Below are positions 51,867 to 64,000 of a stretch of DNA of 64,000 nucleotides, piece after piece. The translations under genes and the position numbers were made by a program. The stretch comes from Kondoa subrosea (lineage: Eukaryota), in contig BCIN01000005.1 of assembly GCA_039545335.1 (NCBI GenBank), forward strand, positions 558,001-622,000, given 5' to 3'. Below the pieces are notes generated by a model. That model ran no database searches, was not told the DNA's origin, and was given only the letters and a program-made list of their open reading frames with translations. Numbering within the stretch: position 1 is the first letter of the stretch; each line of letters begins with the position of its first letter.

Positions 51867-54008
51867 TCACTTCTGTGCCGATGAACTACTGTCGCTATCC
51901 TTTGTCTTAGTTCTGGCTTCTAAAGCATATCGTTCATCGACAGTCTAATAGAAGTACTTAGCTAAGTTTGAAGCGCAAGGAGTTAGAAGCTTACTTCTGC
52001 CAAAGGAATATCTTTCATTACAATTGAAGCCAGGATCAGTAGAGCGCATAGGCCACAGCAGACGGCCCAAATCATAGAGATAGAATCGGCGAATGCTGCT
52101 CGAACTTGGTAGCGAAGAACAGGTTCTCTGCAAAGATGCTCAGCGAGGATCTGACGTAATACGAGGCAGAGAAACATACAGGTTTTTGATTGTGGGGATA
52201 GAAGCGAAAGCAGCTTCCCCTATATTGACATCACCAAGAGTTCGAACAAATTCTTCAGGTAGTTTCTTGGTAAGTTGGTTCTGAAGGACAACAGATCCTA
52301 TCGTAATACCCACTACTTGACCAAAAGAGCGGAAGAAGGCAACAAGCCCTAATGCATGAGCGGATTGTTCTACCGGGCTGATAGCAGCAATGTCAGCAAT
52401 GATCAGAGGAAAAGGTGTCAATGATGCCTACATAGGCGCAAGAACAGGGAATCCCGTGGATGAATACAAGAAGCCCATACCAATACCTGATTGCCATATG
52501 AGCAACAACTTAGGGACTAGAGGAGATAATGCTGACCTGCTATAGTCGGTGTTGCGATCCAAACCGCATCGCTCGAATCCGCCTTGATCAGGATCATACA
52601 ACCAAAGCCAATAGCCATGATAATTGATCCAGCCAAATTTTGATATCTATAGGTCTTGAGAATGCCAATTGCTGCTCAACCTCCATCAGAAATGCCGGTC
52701 GAGGGATAAAAGACAAGAACATACAAGCTCCAATGATGATCGCAAAGGGTGCAACAGTAAATGAGAGAGTAAACATGCTGATCCCAGCGCGGACAGGATT
52801 TTGACCTTTGCTCGCTTGAAAGTAGAGTGGTAGATAATACATCGTCGCCAGAACGATAAGACCATGAATGAAGATCATCAAGTAGCCAGAGAGCGATGTA
52901 CGATCGTTCATGAGTACTCTTGGTAAAGTTGGTTCATTAGGATGGCCACTCCATTCGTAGACGAAAAAGGCTGCCAGACCGGCCAAACCAGTTAAAAGAG
53001 GAACCAAGACAGCTGCTGATGACCACGCGTAGCTTCCGCCTGCCCAAGTCAGCTGTAATCATCAGGTCAGCAATTGATTTGAGAAGCAATTCGCAAAGCA
53101 ACTCACGCCCAGAATGGTCAAGGTGGAAGATATGACAAACAGAACATTTCCAATCCAGTCAATCTGACGCATCTTCTCCCTAAAAGTGGTTGTAGGTACT
53201 TTGAAACGAAGGAAGACCATTGCGAGCAGGATGCTAAGACTACCAAGCGGCAAATTCAGCCAAAAGAGCCACCGCCAATTCGATTGGGCGAATGCGCCGC
53301 CCATTACAGGACCAATAGCTGAGGCAATTGACCATACTGATCCAATAATACCCATGTAGACCCCTCGTTCAGAGAGGGAAACCAAATCTGCAGTGATGAT
53401 CTCTACCAGAGCCAGGATCATGCCGCCCTTCAAAGATAATGAGTACAGGCACACAAGACTGAAAATACTACGACTCACTCCTATTCCTTGAACTGTTCGA
53501 CCAGCAACAATGAGACCAAGACTGTTTGCCCAACCAGTCATTGCTGAGCCAATCATCTGTGTTAAAATAGTTGTCAAAACTATACACGTAAAGTAAGAGA
53601 AGGATCTACGAAGAGAACAATAGCGCTAATGAGGATAGGACGACGGCCAAAAATCGCAGCCAGGGGGCCACTGATTGGGAGGAAAGCAGTGGAAGAAAGA
53701 GCGTATGCCGAACCAATCCATGTGAAATCGGTAATATGTAGTTCAGCAGCAATAGTTGGCAAAGTATTCTGTACGGTTGTCAGCATCACTGTCAAAGACA
53801 TACGAGTGTTACTCACTGATACTGAAGTTAAATCGAGTGCAGACAAGAAGACTGTGATACAGAGGGAAAGAAAGACCATCCAGAAGGTGAAGTCTTTGGG
53901 GTTCTCGCTTTTAAGTGGACCAGCTTTGAATTCAGCTATTTTTTCGACATCGGAAAGTATCGAGGGCATTTGTTCCATAGGCTTTTCGGAAGTGATAGCA
54001 GAAGACAT
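51867..54008 (-). CDS. MFS DHA2-type (14-TM) drug/H+ antiporter
   Basis: VFLSALDLTSV, LPTIA, WIGSAYAL, IFGRR, GRTVQGIG, ERGVYMG and WRWLFWLNLP. Confidence 0.92.
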
Positions 54009-54527
54009 GATGGAGATGAGAATGAATGGAGAAAGAGAGGGAGAGGAAAGAGGGATCTCAATATCTGGACCGAGTGACCGAATACCGTCGAAAGATTTTG
54101 AAGCTTAGAATATCAGGCCGAAGGGCTTGCGCAACTGCTTAGTAGAGTCACAGCATCCGGCAGCATTGAACAACTGAGCCCTGACAGTCAGCACATGCAT
54201 ATTTGCCGGCGACTTCAAGTTCGAAGTGTGAGAAGGAAGAAAGACAGGTAGCGGAGTTGCAGTAAGAGCACAGAAAATCATACGCAGATTCTTTCGCTGC
54301 TTGTACTCAGCACGAACAAGTACCGATGTTGACTCGGAGAGTCGCTGTCCTGAAGAGAGCCAGTCAATACTTTGACACCATTCGACCAAGACTGTGTTTT
54401 TCATTCCTCTCTGTAGCGCCAGCAGCGCCAGTCTGCTTTTCTCCTTCTCTTCTCTTCCTACATTCATTCAAACACACTCCTTTATTCTCACCGCCGATCT
54501 TTCCGCCCAACCTTGTTTACAAATAAC

Positions 54528-55900
54528 ATGAAAGTCTTGTTCGCTCTCCTGCTTCTAGCTGTATATGTTAGTGCAAGCAATTCAGTCTCAAAGCACGTAA
54601 CACGAGCCAACAGCAAGAATTACAAGCTCGTAGAAGATCTATCTGGCCAAAACTTCCTGAAGGCGTTCAACTTTGAAGCTGGCAGGGATCCAAATGGAGG
54701 AGCCAGTATAGTTCGTCTGATTCTGCTACTACTCGTTGAGTGAGCTGATGAAATCTCAGTACGTCCCAGCTGCTGTAGCCAAAGCAAGAAAACTCGTCAC
54801 CGTCACAAACAATGCCGTCCAGCTTCGTGTCGATAACACGAAGAAAGTGCCAGTCAGACAAAGCATCAAGCTGGTCTCCAAGAAATCATACAATTCAGGT
54901 CTGTTCATTGTTGATATAGATCGTGAGTCTTCAAGATACGAGTTTATGATCCAATTAACAATCTTGGAAAGATCTGCCAAGTGGATTGGGTATTTGGCCT
55001 GCTCACTGGATGACTTCCTCTCTAGGCAAATGGCGTAAGTCGATACCCGCAGATTAATTATGAATTTAAGCTCATGTTTCGTACAGCCGACAAGGGCGAA
55101 GTGGATATTATTGAATACGTTCACGACTTTACCAAGAACAGCAATTCCCTACACACCTCATCGGGCTGTACTATGTCTCGTAAAGGCTTCACCTCAACAT
55201 TCATGCTTCAGCAACCGAATGCAGCCAATTGCGATGTCAGAGCAACAGATAATCAGGGTTGTGGACTGCGTGATGTCCGATCAGGAACAGCTGGTGCTCC
55301 TTTTAACAAAAACGGAAGAGGTGTATGGGCAACTCAATGGACTAATCAAGCGATTTCTATTTGGTTCTTCCCTAGAAACTCAATACCTAAAGATATTACC
55401 GCCAAGAGACCGCAACCTAGCACTTGGGGAACTCCTGCCGCTAGATTTGCTGGCTTTAATGTGAACAAGTGCGTTCAGGATCAGAATTTGGTATGTCTTT
55501 TTATTCTATATGCACGAGATGCGATCGTGGCTGAGCTCACTTGCTTAGATCTTCAACACTCTGTTGTGTGGTTCATGGGCTGATGGAGTATGGAATCAAG
55601 GTCAGTTGCTCTTTGGTACAAAGGGCTTGCGTTTGGCTCACATATTTACATCAGCTAATCAAGCTGCTGGGCAAACCAAATCTGCTGCTGCACAAACTGG
55701 ATACAAGAAATGTGCTGATTATGTTCTCAATAACGGACAAGATTTCCAGTGAGTCAGCAAGCTACGTCTGAGCAGAAGATTACTGAAGACTACACATTAA
55801 ATAGGGACGCCTACTGGTCTATTCGCTCACTACGTATCGTGAGTTCGCATACCTCCTTATGTACTGATTATTGACCGCCTCGTCCGAACAGTATCAATGA
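54528..55900 (+). CDS. Secreted GH16 endo-1,3(4)-beta-glucanase (fungal laminarinase type)
   Basis: Signal peptide; WPAHW, WPDKGEVDIIE catalytic motif, SLHTSSGC, FNTLLCGSWA and AYWSIRSLRIYQ. Confidence 0.9.
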
Positions 55901-56453
55901 TCTTCAGATTCCTCAAGCCAAATCAATCGGTGTCACAGCGTGCTCTGGTAGCATGGCTTTATTTTCTAGTATATATAGGTTCATAATAGGTCATAATGTT
56001 ATAAAATAGCGACATCGATATGCCTGGTAGCAGCAGTCTGTCTCGGACATCGACCTCTGCCAGCTTTCAGCAAGCGACGTTGGTAGCGATGTCCTTGCTT
56101 CGCTGTAGCAGTTCCGTATGTGTCTCTGATTCTTCCAACACGGCTGGCAAGGGTCTTCGTCTTGCTTCGTTTGCCTCGAATCCATTTTGTACTTGGTGAT
56201 TGTGAATGATGAGAGACTCGCTTCGGTCTCTGCGAGAAGTCCAGACTGGCCTCTTGTATGCACGCTTGGCTCTTGCCTCGCATTTGCTATCCATTTTGAG
56301 CGACTCGAGCTTCGACTTTTGGCCTGCTACCTCAACATCGGTTGCTCCTGTCTGCTTACCTCACTCTTGACTTGTTATAAATACGAAGTCTTGCAGAGGA
56401 CGTGCTCTTCTGCGCTATGGTCCTCGCAAAAAGTGATCTGCAGGGTTCGCGCT

Positions 56454-58154
56454 ATGTCTCGTAACCTTGATTTACTCCCATGCGTGATTTCTCCAGCCGG
56501 GGCCACTGACGCCCAAGTCTCCATAGCAATTAATGGTCTTTCTGCATCTTCCCTGAATCGTACTTGCATGTATCTTCTTGATCTTGCTTGAGTTCAGCTC
56601 AAAATGGCCGAGGTTCCTCCTGTGCCCTATCAATTCCTGATCTTGTCACTGGCCGGAGCGGGTATTGGACTGCTATCAGGAGGTAGATTACATCGTACCA
56701 CGGTCTTCTGCATCCATTGATAAATTTGGACAGGCTTTGCTTTAGGGTGAGCTGTTTGCGACAAGGCTGCAATTGCACTGATTCTATAATGCGCAGACAA
56801 TGCGTTACTTATCTCGTAAGCTGGCACTTATACGTCATGTTAGCAGCTGCTAAACAACTATACAGGCTCTGACCAAAAATCAACCGCTGTACAAATGGCT
56901 AGTCGGGATTCTTATGGTCCTCTCAGCTACTTGTAGTATCGCCAATCTGGTCGATTCCGTTCAGCGCTATGCTGCTAACTTCGTCAGCCGTGATCAATAT
57001 TCAGGATCCTATGCTTATCTTGATGTGCAGGGTAATGTCGAAACGCAATTCGTCGTCAGACCTTCCACGGCTACAAGTGTGATTGCTTCAGGTGTAACGC
57101 TTTGGATGTTAGTTCTTTCCGCTCGAGTCGTACTAGCTTTCTGACGTGTTTGCCATGCGTAGCATCCTCGGCTTCTATACATATCGATCTTGGGTCATCA
57201 TGCACAAGAACGTCATTGTCTTGATCGTTCTTGTACCTTTTGTTCTGGCGTACGTATGACTATTCAAGTGAGTCATTAATTAGCTCATGCGTTGACTTTC
57301 TGCAGTTCCGGATGTGGAGATATTTGGCTGGCAGCATACCAAGTATGCTTCCACTTTCGTAATGAGGTATCACGGTCTCTGAAGGATGATTTTAGCTCTC
57401 TATAGGCAATTACATTCAGGTCGATAAGAACGTTGGATGGGTCGGAGGAATCTCTTTCATTTTCCCTGCTGTGGCCGATGTGGTCATTACTTCTACTATG
57501 TTGTTCGGTCTGTGGAGATCACAGAAGATGGGTGTCAGCGAAGAAAGTACTCGAGTCCTTAAGCGAATCTTCTTGATCGCTCTGGAAACCAACTCGTTGA
57601 CCACTGTAAGTACTGACGGCTGTCTTAGTGCCCGTGGCTCACGTCTCACTGCAGCTTGTGCAATTAGCGGCACTTATATGCTGTCAGTGTCTTATGTACC
57701 ATTTGGCTCGAGCTGAACTGGCGAGCAGATGTTGCCGCTCCTCCTGCTCATATTGTCTTCGTGGCTTCCTTGCCTCAAATTTACATCGGAACCTTCGTTC
57801 TCTGGCTAGTTAGCAGATTGAAAACGCGTGCGATAATTGCTCGTTCTTCCTCCGAAGGAGAGAACGAGTCGAGCAAGAAACCCAACGGTGCAAGATTGAC
57901 ATTCCAGGTCAGTCTGAACTTCTCAACGGGCTTGTTTTCACGTTGATCTCGAGTCAGCCTGCCGGTATTCATGTTTCTACTATCCGATCGATGAGCGTCG
58001 ATGTTGATAAAGAGGGTCTCCCCGATTCTTCGTACGAATTAGAAGATCTGGAGAACGGAAACAAATCAAGCGTAGTTCGCTTCGATCGAGTTTAGTGCTT
58101 GGGCAGCAAGAAAAGGAAGGACATTTGGGTTTGAAAGGGTTTGCAGTCGTATGA
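56454..58154 (+). CDS. DUF6534-type multi-pass membrane protein
   Basis: PAVADVVITSTMLFGLWRS...RVLKRIFLIALETNSLTT and LPQIY; many small hydrophobic exons. Confidence 0.7.
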
Positions 58155-58242
58155 CTCGTTTGCACTTTGATGAGTATACAATGGAAGCTTGGTATATCAT
58201 GTGTTAAATCTTTGGTCTGTATCAACATAAGGGTCGAGCTTG

Positions 58243-58611
58243 TCATATATAGCGAAAACTGCTGCAGTGTCATGATTACGTAAGCAACTTCTCAGAAGAG
58301 AATATCAGCAAAACCTCACAAGTTTGACTTGACATTCCTCTTAATACTTGCAGGCTTGCCATCTTCGTACTCAACGGCACTTGCACCACCTACCCAGAGT
58401 GATGAATCTTATGTTACGTAAGCATCAAAGCGTGCTTACCTTCGCCTGAATGCTCTTCAAGAGCTTTCATAGCCAGAGCGTCCCTCTCTGCTATTGTGAG
58501 CTTTTGCTTCTTGCGTTCTTTCGGCTTGTCCTCCTGCAATTTGGGTGGAAGAACTTCTTTCGTTCGACCTGAAGACGTCGAGAAAGATCGCGAGCATTGT
58601 CTCAGACGCAT
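58243..58611 (-). CDS. Small conserved fungal protein, probably mitochondrial
   Basis: Arg/Ser-rich presequence MRLRQCSRSFSTS; LTIAERD...GEGGASAVEYEDGKP...VKSNFFRYI. Confidence 0.65.
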
Positions 58612-58820
58612 TGCTGCCAGTCTCATGCTCCCCTCCTGTGCTGCGACTGTCTCTACGCCGTTGAGTCGGTTGTTTACGTAAGACAACAGTGTCGGAAATT
58701 TATGTCATAGCAGCCGCTTGCCTCCCTTTTGTTCTCACCGTTACCTGGTCTCTCTCTCTCCCTCTCGCATCTGCTGTCCATTGCTTCTCGTTGCCCACAG
58801 CAGCTACAACAGCTTCTACA

Positions 58821-60724
58821 ATGGCAAAGCGAGAAATGGAGCATATTCTTATATTGGGCTCTGGCTCGAGTGAGTGACAGTCGATTCATGGCTCCTCTAC
58901 TTCATCATGAGCAATATACCTGATCTCTTCATGTCACTCTTCAAGTGGGCTCTGGAATGGCCAGTCTGTTCTCCGAAAATGGATCAAACGTGTCCATCTT
59001 CGACAAAGACAGCAAAGCTGTTGACTCAGTATTGATTACTACAGCAAAGAACGAAAAGCTCGCAAAAGATCAAGTGAAAGGGTATTCTGATCTCAAGGAA
59101 TTCCTCAACAGTGGACCTAAAACTCAAAAACAACGCATCATTGTTCTGTCTTTACCTCATGGATCTGTAGTCGATAGCTTGCTCGATGAAATGGAAGGCT
59201 TACTGGATAAAGGTGATATCATTATGGATTGTGGAAATGAATGGTGGCAGAGTACTGAAAGAAGACAAGAACGTTGTTCCAAAGACTCTTTTGGAAAAGG
59301 TCCGATCCATTGGATGGGATGCGGAGTATCGGGTGGCTATCAAGCTGCTCGTAGAGGGCCCTCTTTCTCCCCTGGAGGCGATAAAGGTTCGTGATGCAAG
59401 ACAATGACCTATATTGTTGCCCACTAACAGTCTCGGTCAGAAATCTATGACCAAATTGCCCATCTTCTCGAAGCTTGGGCAGTCAAAGACAAGAAAGGCA
59501 CTCCTTGCGTTCAGTATATAGGAGAAGGAGGCGCAGGACATCTTGTGAAATGCTTGCACAACGGTATCGAACAAGGCGAACTTAGTGCGATTTGTGAAGT
59601 CTATACCCTCATGAGACAGACTTTAGAGTTGGAGAATGATGCGATTGGTGATATCTTCGAGAAATGGGACAAGAAGGGTGGATTGAGTGGAAATTACTTG
59701 CAGCAGATCGGTTCTCAGATCACTCATTTCAAAGAAGGCGATGGAGTGAAGAACAACAAGGGCATTGTTGATGATATCGAGGACAAGGTGAGAATTTGAT
59801 CAGTGCACAGTGCAATGTGTTGAATCGCAGGCAGGTCACGCAAGATGCAGACGATTCGGAAGGAACAGGTCGGTTGGGCATGAAGCGTTGAATAAGGCGC
59901 TGAATACTGGTTTCTAGGTGTATGGTCGGTTTGGGAAGCTGCTACTCGTCACGTTTCTGCGCCAACACTTGCTTCCGCTCATTTCCTTCGACTTGTTTCC
60001 GCCAACCGAGGTGAAAGAGAGAAGACAGTCAAGATGATGAAGTTGCCTCAGCCCAGTAAAGCTCCGTCAAACGTCAACAAGGAAGAATTTGTCGATAAAC
60101 TGCATGATGCTCTTTATGTTACTATTCTGGTTTCTTTCATCCAAGGACTGAATGTCAGTGCGCATCGGTGATCGTAAGTCGCGTCTAATTAATGTGACAG
60201 GTTATCGCAAGAGCGTCCAAAGACAAGAACTGGAACGTCTCGCTCGAAAGATGCATTCAAATTTGGAGAGCAGGTGAATGCATTCGTTCACTTGATTGCG
60301 ATTCCAATCTAAATGCTTCTTCATAGGCTGTATCATCCAGTCCGATGGTATCGCCGATCTGCTAGAGCACGTCTATCACAAAAACCCTCACTTGATCAAT
60401 CTCTTGCTGGACGACAGCATCTGCAAAGAAATCGCTCGCTGTTACTCTGCACTGAAAGATGTGGTCACTCTAGCTATCCAAGTTGATGCGGTCATTCCTG
60501 CTTTGTCTGCCTCTCTGGAATACATCAAGTCTGTTGGAGGATATGAACTTCCGACCAATTTCGAAGAAACTGAGATGGATTACTTCGGCCATCACAACTA
60601 TGATCTTCAGAGCGAACATAAGGGAGATCCGGTCAAAGGAGCTCATCATAGTGCGCGGTTTTTGTCCTTGAGTTTGGTGAAATGATCTAACTTGCTTGAT
60701 TTAGCCGAGTTCAAACCAGCATAG
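58821..60724 (+). CDS. 6-phosphogluconate dehydrogenase-like protein (divergent)
   Basis: GSGSMG Rossmann motif, MDCGNE, GCGVSGGYQAARRGPS, GAGHLVKCLHNGIE, WRAGCII and DYFGHH. Confidence 0.88.
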
Positions 60725-60913
60725 ACTGCCAGACATCTGTAAAATAGGTATCATTCATGAATACACGTTTTTCCACTAACCTGATCTGTATTCCATCTAA
60801 CCGGCTCTCACGTTTTTCCCTTGCCGCTAGCTCACTGTTCTTCTCCTCCTATGTCTGGAATTTCCTCTTGTCTTTTTCTTCTTTCTTTCTCCTCGAGGTA
60901 TTGCTCTCCCAAT

Positions 60914-61759
60914 ATGCAGCCTTCAGAGCAATATATCAAGGCGTCAAGCGTTGCTGGGACTCCCGACATTATTTTGATCTCCTCTGATGGCGCTCGATAC
61001 CCGGCTCATATAGCTTACTTGAAGACTTCTTCTGGCTTCTTTCGCGATATGGATGAGATTTGTAGTCCGACAAGAAAGGAAGGTGAAGTACCAGAACTGG
61101 CAATGCAAGACTTGGCGGAACACCTCATCTTGGTACTTCCATTCTGCTATCCTGTGGAGTCACCGTACCTATTCGACTACGAAATGGACTTTCTTATCGA
61201 TGCAATTAGGGTCGCAGACAAATATGCAATTGTCAGGGCTGTTGAAGCAATTGGACATAGCTTATGCAGACGGCATATCCCACCAACTCTTTCGCTGCCA
61301 AGCTGATGCTGTCGCAATATTCAGGTCGCTTGTCGCTGAAAATGCACCTACGCTGTACACGATCGCCATCGAAGTGCAGCACCGGGTTCTGAAGCAATTC
61401 TGTGAGGGTCCGGCATTGGCGCATAAGGATCTTCTGGGCATTATAGAAGATCGTAAGCTCCGCCTGGGGACAGATACAACGCTACAGGTAGTAAGCTGCA
61501 TAGTGGAAACAGTGACAAGAGACGCTGATGCCAATGCTTCCAGCTTGCTTTAGCGGGCTCAAAAGGCTACATATGCACTCGCGCCGAAATTTACGACAAG
61601 TGGACAGCAACAAAGGCAGGTAAATGCGTACACGGATGTGCAGACGCCCGTTGTAGGGTTACTGAATGTTACAGAGAGTATCAGAATAAGCAGGCGGCCG
61701 AGACCTGGTTTGCAGAATGCAGTCCCGGGAAAGATGCAATCGCAGCGATTGATCTGTAA
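60914..61759 (+). CDS. BTB/POZ domain protein
   Basis: PDIILISSDGARYPAHIAYLKTSSGFFRDM, LPFCYP and ADKY. Confidence 0.8.
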
Positions 61760-61783
61760 TAACCTCGTGCAAATCGGTATAGA

Positions 61784-64000
61784 CTACATGCGGGATAATT
61801 CCCCTTGTCTCTCTTTCAACCTCTCCCACGCTGCTTCCTCTTCAAATGTACTCTTCGTCTTGCCTAGGAAAGATCGTAATATGCTTCGAGCTTGATAATT
61901 CCAGTCCTTCAGCACTAGCTCTCCGTCTTGTTCTCTCGACCCGGTGTTTTCAAGCACATCTACTACATCCTCCACCTCTTGACACGCTTCTAGGAACAGC
62001 TTTCTATTGTTTGCCAAATCCGAATCCTGAGCTACACCACATCGATACGCCTTGAGATGATCTTCAACACTGCCTTTGAGATTTCCAGCCCAGCGCAATA
62101 ATCGAGCGTGAGCCAGAAAGATACGACCATTCGAAGAGAAGCGGGTGAGAAGTACTTGATCGAACAGCTCTTGCACTCTTGCTGCTAAACCCCTTGCATG
62201 ATCTTCCGCTACAGCCGCTGCAGCATCTTGAGTAACGGCATCGACTAGCCTTTCCAGGACTGGAAGATCCACACAGGCATCTTGGTCTTTCGCTGCTCGC
62301 ATTTCCACTATTCGCCTTAGTGCTCGACATGCTTCCGAAAACTCGCCAACATCGATAGATATGACCATGTAGTTCTGCCATATCCGCCAGGAATCGTAGC
62401 TATAGCGAATAGCTTGCCGTAGACATTGGTACGCAGCACGTTTGCGAGAGTGAGGTAAAGAAGGAGCATCGGAAGGAAGAGCAGAGATCTTGGTTGGCAT
62501 CGGTTCTTCCTCTTCATCCGAGTCTGTAGTAGCCAAAGGTCGATCATCGTCCTCCTTGTCGACCATACGAAGATGAACGCTAGCCAAGTTGTTCCAGCTT
62601 TCGCCGTCCTCATCATCCAGAGCGACACATCGACCAAAAGCCTCTTCTGCGCCAGCCCAAGCGTTCCGCCGCAGCTCGCTACATCCCAAAATATACCATG
62701 ATCGAATGAATAGAGGATTAATAGCTGTTGCGCGTCTTAGGCATTCCGATGCTTGATCATATTCTCCAGCAGCGAAATGATGACCACCAAGCGACCGCAT
62801 AGCTCTTGATGACGACTGGCTAGACACTTCCCAGGCTTTTTGATACCACTCTGGCTTCTTTTCCAGATCGCCTAAAGCACACCAAAGTTTCGATTGCCGA
62901 CTTGCACTCATTTTGGCAGATTCTCTTCCGCTTCGACTCTTCATCACATTCTCACTCTCTTGCATTTTGCCTTCGAGTAGTTCTTTAATGATGGAAATAC
63001 CCTTTTCTGTTCGACCAGCAGAAGCATAACATTGGACAACATCTTCCCACATTTCCAATCGTTCAAAGATTTCTAAAGCAGACTTGACAACTCCAATATT
63101 GAGGTATCGTTTCGCCAACTCTTTCTCCATTTCCCATCGACAAGGTAAAGCGAGATCATGGAAATATCTCAACCTTTCCGAAACAGGTGCGCCAATTTCT
63201 TGTAAAGCAGAAGCAGAAGTATCTTCTAATCGCAGTTGATCGACCAGTGATTGGATTTGAAGTACACCTCGTTCGACAGTCCTTGTTCTTTGTGCTTCTA
63301 GACGAGATCGCATTAGTAGACCCATTGAGTGAACTGACCAATTTTCAGATTGTTCCAAAACTCTTGCTACAAAAGTTGCTATTTGATTAGTTGTAAGACC
63401 ATGAGTAGGTGAATCGTTTGCGTGATTAAAGGAAAGAGCTAGGAGAAGGGATTGATCTAATGGATGTAAAGCCGGTTGATGATTCAGGTCTATGGTAGAC
63501 AGGGCAGGTCTTGAAGATGATTCGGAAGAAAGAGAAGTGAAAGCAGTCTTTTCAAGTAGAGTATCATCGTTCAGCAAGAGTGTCGAGGGCTGATCTTCAG
63601 GAGTAGTTTGGCTTGAGGTACCGTTCGTGGCCTTCCTAGATGTCCAGCCAGACCTTTCTCTCCCTCGAGCAAGTACAACCAGTTGTGCCTTCTCGTCTTG
63701 CTGAAATTTGGTTCTTTTGCCTAATCTTCCTGTCAATTCGTACTCTAGTCCAGCTTCATGTGCTGCTTGAAGGAAGAGAAGAGCCGATTTGCGTTCTGAA
63801 GAAGGAGTATTGACTGAGATAATGCGATGATAGTGACCCAAAAGAAGCGTTTGAGAAGCTATCAGATCTTGTTCTTCTTTCGGAAGACTATCGCGAAAGT
63901 GTTCTAAATCGCTTAGCAATTGGTCAGGCAGTAATACAGGGTCATCCAATATCCGCAGATGTACCAGGCAAGTTCTGAGTCGCCAAGATGGTATTGATTT
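61784..64000 (-). CDS. EMW1: TPR protein EMW1/TTC27 (5' part beyond the window)
   Basis: NWSVHSMGLLMRSRLE..RTRTVERGVLQ, RWEMEKELA, SALEIFERLEMWE, SWNNLA and WRIWQNY. Confidence 0.88.
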   Translation of the reverse strand, partial: KSIPSWRLRTCLVHLRILDDPVLLPDQLLSDLEHFRDSLPKEEQDLIASQTLLLGHYHRIISVNTPSSERKSALLFLQAAHEAGLEYELTGRLGKRTKFQQDEKAQLVVLARGRERSGWTSRKATNGTSSQTTPEDQPSTLLLNDDTLLEKTAFTSLSSESSSRPALSTIDLNHQPALHPLDQSLLLALSFNHANDSPTHGLTTNQIATFVARVLEQSENWSVHSMGLLMRSRLEAQRTRTVERGVLQIQSLVDQLRLEDTSASALQEIGAPVSERLRYFHDLALPCRWEMEKELAKRYLNIGVVKSALEIFERLEMWEDVVQCYASAGRTEKGISIIKELLEGKMQESENVMKSRSGRESAKMSASRQSKLWCALGDLEKKPEWYQKAWEVSSQSSSRAMRSLGGHHFAAGEYDQASECLRRATAINPLFIRSWYILGCSELRRNAWAGAEEAFGRCVALDDEDGESWNNLASVHLRMVDKEDDDRPLATTDSDEEEEPMPTKISALPSDAPSLPHSRKRAAYQCLRQAIRYSYDSWRIWQNYMVISIDVGEFSEACRALRRIVEMRAAKDQDACVDLPVLERLVDAVTQDAAAAVAEDHARGLAARVQELFDQVLLTRFSSNGRIFLAHARLLRWAGNLKGSVEDHLKAYRCGVAQDSDLANNRKLFLEACQEVEDVVDVLENTGSREQDGELVLKDWNYQARSILRSFLGKTKSTFEEEAAWERLKERQGELSRM

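Noticed and set aside
55991..56450. Overlapping short minus-strand ORFs between GH16 and the DUF6534-type gene
   Set aside because: No recognisable motifs or splice structure; likely UTR or promoter sequence
41332..58154. Secondary-metabolite or cell-wall gene cluster (acyltransferase, GH128, MBL hydrolase, MFS, GH16)
   Set aside because: No PKS, NRPS or terpene backbone gene, and the genes are interleaved with housekeeping genes (BYE1, OTU2)

Overview
Gene-dense, intron-rich fungal genomic DNA with ~50-60 nt GT-AG introns, many microexons and intergenic gaps often under 300 bp. The gene content (CAP59/GT69, DUF6534-type membrane protein, BTB protein, GH128) suggests a basidiomycete; that lineage call is inference. 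I can support about 34 protein-coding genes, reconstructed by hand-splicing: CAP59-like glycosyltransferase, thioredoxin, SYLF protein, two MFS transporters, SET protein, MEMO1, C2H2 transcription factor, MPP10, two tandem DUF924 genes, a small secreted protein, Na+/H+ exchanger, alpha/beta hydrolase, cryptochrome DASH, NSRP1-like, ATX1, acyltransferase, GH128, BYE1-like, OTU2, metallo-beta-lactamase-fold protein, GH16, a 6PGDH-like enzyme, BTB protein, EMW1/TTC27 and several orphans. I recognised no rRNA, tRNA, CRISPR array or intact transposon. The main highlights are: (1) a ~734-aa protein with three tandem MULE/FAR1-like (WRKY-GCM1) zinc fingers and a SAM-like tail but no transposase core; (2) catalytic motifs assembled from microexons (thioredoxin WCGPC, Atx1, hydrolase HGGG); (3) two convergent genes whose stop codons overlap in one TTAA; (4) a 6PGDH homolog that has lost its canonical NADP- and phosphate-binding residues. 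All family assignments come from motif recognition by eye, not database searches.
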